A stretch of DNA of 26,669 bases, from positions 1 through 26,669 of the forward strand of contig CADAVL010000010.1 of the NCBI GenBank assembly GCA_902791335.1, given 5' to 3'. This document shows positions 25,355 through 26,669 of this stretch, piece by piece (the first letter of the stretch is position 1; the number at the start of each line of letters is the position of its first letter). The notes beneath the pieces are model-generated. The model did no database searches, was not told the DNA's origin, and saw only the letters and a program-made list of their open reading frames with translations. The stretch is from Oscillospiraceae bacterium (GTDB lineage: Bacteria > Bacillota > Clostridia > Oscillospirales > Acutalibacteraceae). The position numbers were made by a program, and so were the translations under genes.

Positions 25355-26599
25355 TCACTGTTGTGTAATATCTTTCCATTTGAAAAAAGCCTTTTTGCAT
25401 TTCTCAATATCTTCTTGACTGTTTGAAAGGATATATATGTTTTTCTTTTGAAATATCTTTTTGATTTTATCCGCAAGTTCATAGTGATTTTTTGCTGAAA
25501 CCTCAAAATATGATATTCCGTTCATTTTACATAAGTGCTCTTTAACCGCCCTTTCATTTTCGTTTCCCGACCTTTTATCTATGCGCTCAATAACAGAAAA
25601 CATATCAGGGATATATGTTTCCACCGGCAGTCCGATTATATTATCGTCAAATGTGACTACTCTCATATTATACTGTTTTGCATATAACGAAACCAAAAGC
25701 TGAACAAGCAAGCTGTCAAATTCAGATTCGCAAACCGAGCAGGTTTTGCCTTCGTGAGTTCGCTCACATATTTTTGCATTCCAACTGTGGCCGTACCTGC
25801 ATAACCACCACGCACGATTATGTGAATTTCTCGAAATCTCGGTTGGTGACACTTTGTTTTTTTCGTAGTCCCATTCCTTACATAGCATATAATCTGTCGT
25901 GGCTAAATCATTATGTCCTCTCAATACTTGTCGTTCAGCGCAAACCGGACAAGAAGTCCCTTTTACACGGGCACTGATTACAGACTTCCACTCATTGCCA
26001 CACGCCTTACACTTCCACCAAACATTCTTCGTGGACTTTGCATTAACCTGATCAGGGGAAAGAGGAAAGTTATGTTCAGACCATTCTTCTGCAATCGTAG
26101 GATGCGTGGTGGCAAGATCATTAAATCCTTTTAGTAATTTAATACCGCTGCAATAAGGGCATTGACTGCCTCCGGCTCTCGTAGATATCAAAGTGTACCA
26201 TTCATGTCCGAGACTGCATTTCCACCAAACTTTTTTATTCTTAAATGCCGTAACCATATTCGGGTACAATGGATAATTTCGCTCCGACCATTCTGCGGCA
26301 AGCTTTGGAAATCGTGAAGCAAGATCGTTAAATCCGGGCAGAACAATGTTGTGTAAGCAATAAGGACAGCCTGTGCCATTCACTCGGCTCTTTACTTCCG
26401 CCGCCCATTCGTGACCGCACTTTCCGTGCCATAATACTTTCTTATGTGATCCGGCAGAAAGCTCTGTTGGTTTTATTTTATTCTTCGACGACCATTCCTC
26501 TGCTAACGAGGGATGTGTCGTATTTAGATCGTTGACTCCTGCTATGACTCTTGCGCCGGAGCATATAGGACATATCGCAATCGTTTTGCAGTTCGACAC
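25355..26599 (-). CDS. Multi-repeat zinc-ribbon (DUF4379-like) protein. It has four tandem ~55-aa treble-clef repeats and a C-terminal ~120-aa domain of unknown (possibly nuclease-like) fold. 414 aa.
   Basis: Repeating unit NDLATTHPxxAEEWSxxNxxxPxxVxxxSxKKVWWKCxxGHEWxxxISxRxxGxxCPYC. GTG start with RBS AAGGAGG. The region looks, by eye, low in GC relative to the first half of the window. Confidence 0.75.
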   Translation of the reverse strand: MSNCKTIAICPICSGARVIAGVNDLNTTHPSLAEEWSSKNKIKPTELSAGSHKKVLWHGKCGHEWAAEVKSRVNGTGCPYCLHNIVLPGFNDLASRFPKLAAEWSERNYPLYPNMVTAFKNKKVWWKCSLGHEWYTLISTRAGGSQCPYCSGIKLLKGFNDLATTHPTIAEEWSEHNFPLSPDQVNAKSTKNVWWKCKACGNEWKSVISARVKGTSCPVCAERQVLRGHNDLATTDYMLCKEWDYEKNKVSPTEISRNSHNRAWWLCRYGHSWNAKICERTHEGKTCSVCESEFDSLLVQLLVSLYAKQYNMRVVTFDDNIIGLPVETYIPDMFSVIERIDKRSGNENERAVKEHLCKMNGISYFEVSAKNHYELADKIKKIFQKKNIYILSNSQEDIEKCKKAFFKWKDITQQ

Positions 26600-26669
26600 T
26601 TTGTGCGTCCTCCTTTCGTAAAATTCATAGCCATCGCAGTATGGCTATGTACTTGACCGGCTCATTTCC

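Noticed and set aside
1-26669. CRISPR arrays, rRNA, insertion sequences with transposase, integrase genes
   Set aside because: No regularly spaced short direct repeats with unique spacers were seen. No ORF translated to a recognisable transposase, integrase or recombinase. The island-like region therefore lacks an identifiable mobility gene within this window.

Overview
The window reads as a Clostridia-type (Firmicutes) chromosomal segment with two contrasting halves.

The first ~15.6 kb looks, by eye, like higher-GC core genome. It carries:
- a glycine-riboswitch-controlled AGCS alanine/glycine symporter (minus strand, cut off at the window edge), divergent from a UPF0126 'glycine transporter-domain' membrane protein
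- an M48/YgjP peptidase, malQ, a large glycoside-hydrolase-like protein, and a membrane-anchored lipase-like hydrolase
- a T-box-controlled brnQ
- a minus-strand block: MmcQ/YjbR, a cytosolic SPFH protein, tRNA-like 3' fragments beside a perfect 30-bp palindrome, and a tandem pair of WYL-domain regulators

From ~15.8 kb onward the composition looks lower in GC. A ~9 kb redox and oxidative-stress island sits there, bracketed by two ~165-bp direct repeats of roughly 90% identity, each rich in iteron-like TATCAAG motifs. The island contains:
- thioredoxin, a rhodanese, and a frameshifted CoA-disulfide reductase-rhodanese fusion
- a ZIP metal transporter and a Crp/Fnr regulator
- a DUF134-NifX-like fusion with a His/Cys tail
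- an [FeFe]-hydrogenase-rubredoxin-rubrerythrin-rubredoxin fusion, followed by desulfoferrodoxin and ferritin

Each repeat lies 3' of a DUF4379 zinc-ribbon-repeat gene: one intact copy of 414 aa, one frameshifted N-terminal remnant.

I found no CRISPR array, rRNA, intact tRNA, or recognisable transposase or integrase. All calls rest on reading the sequence and ORF translations by eye. Every family assignment needs an HMM or BLAST check.
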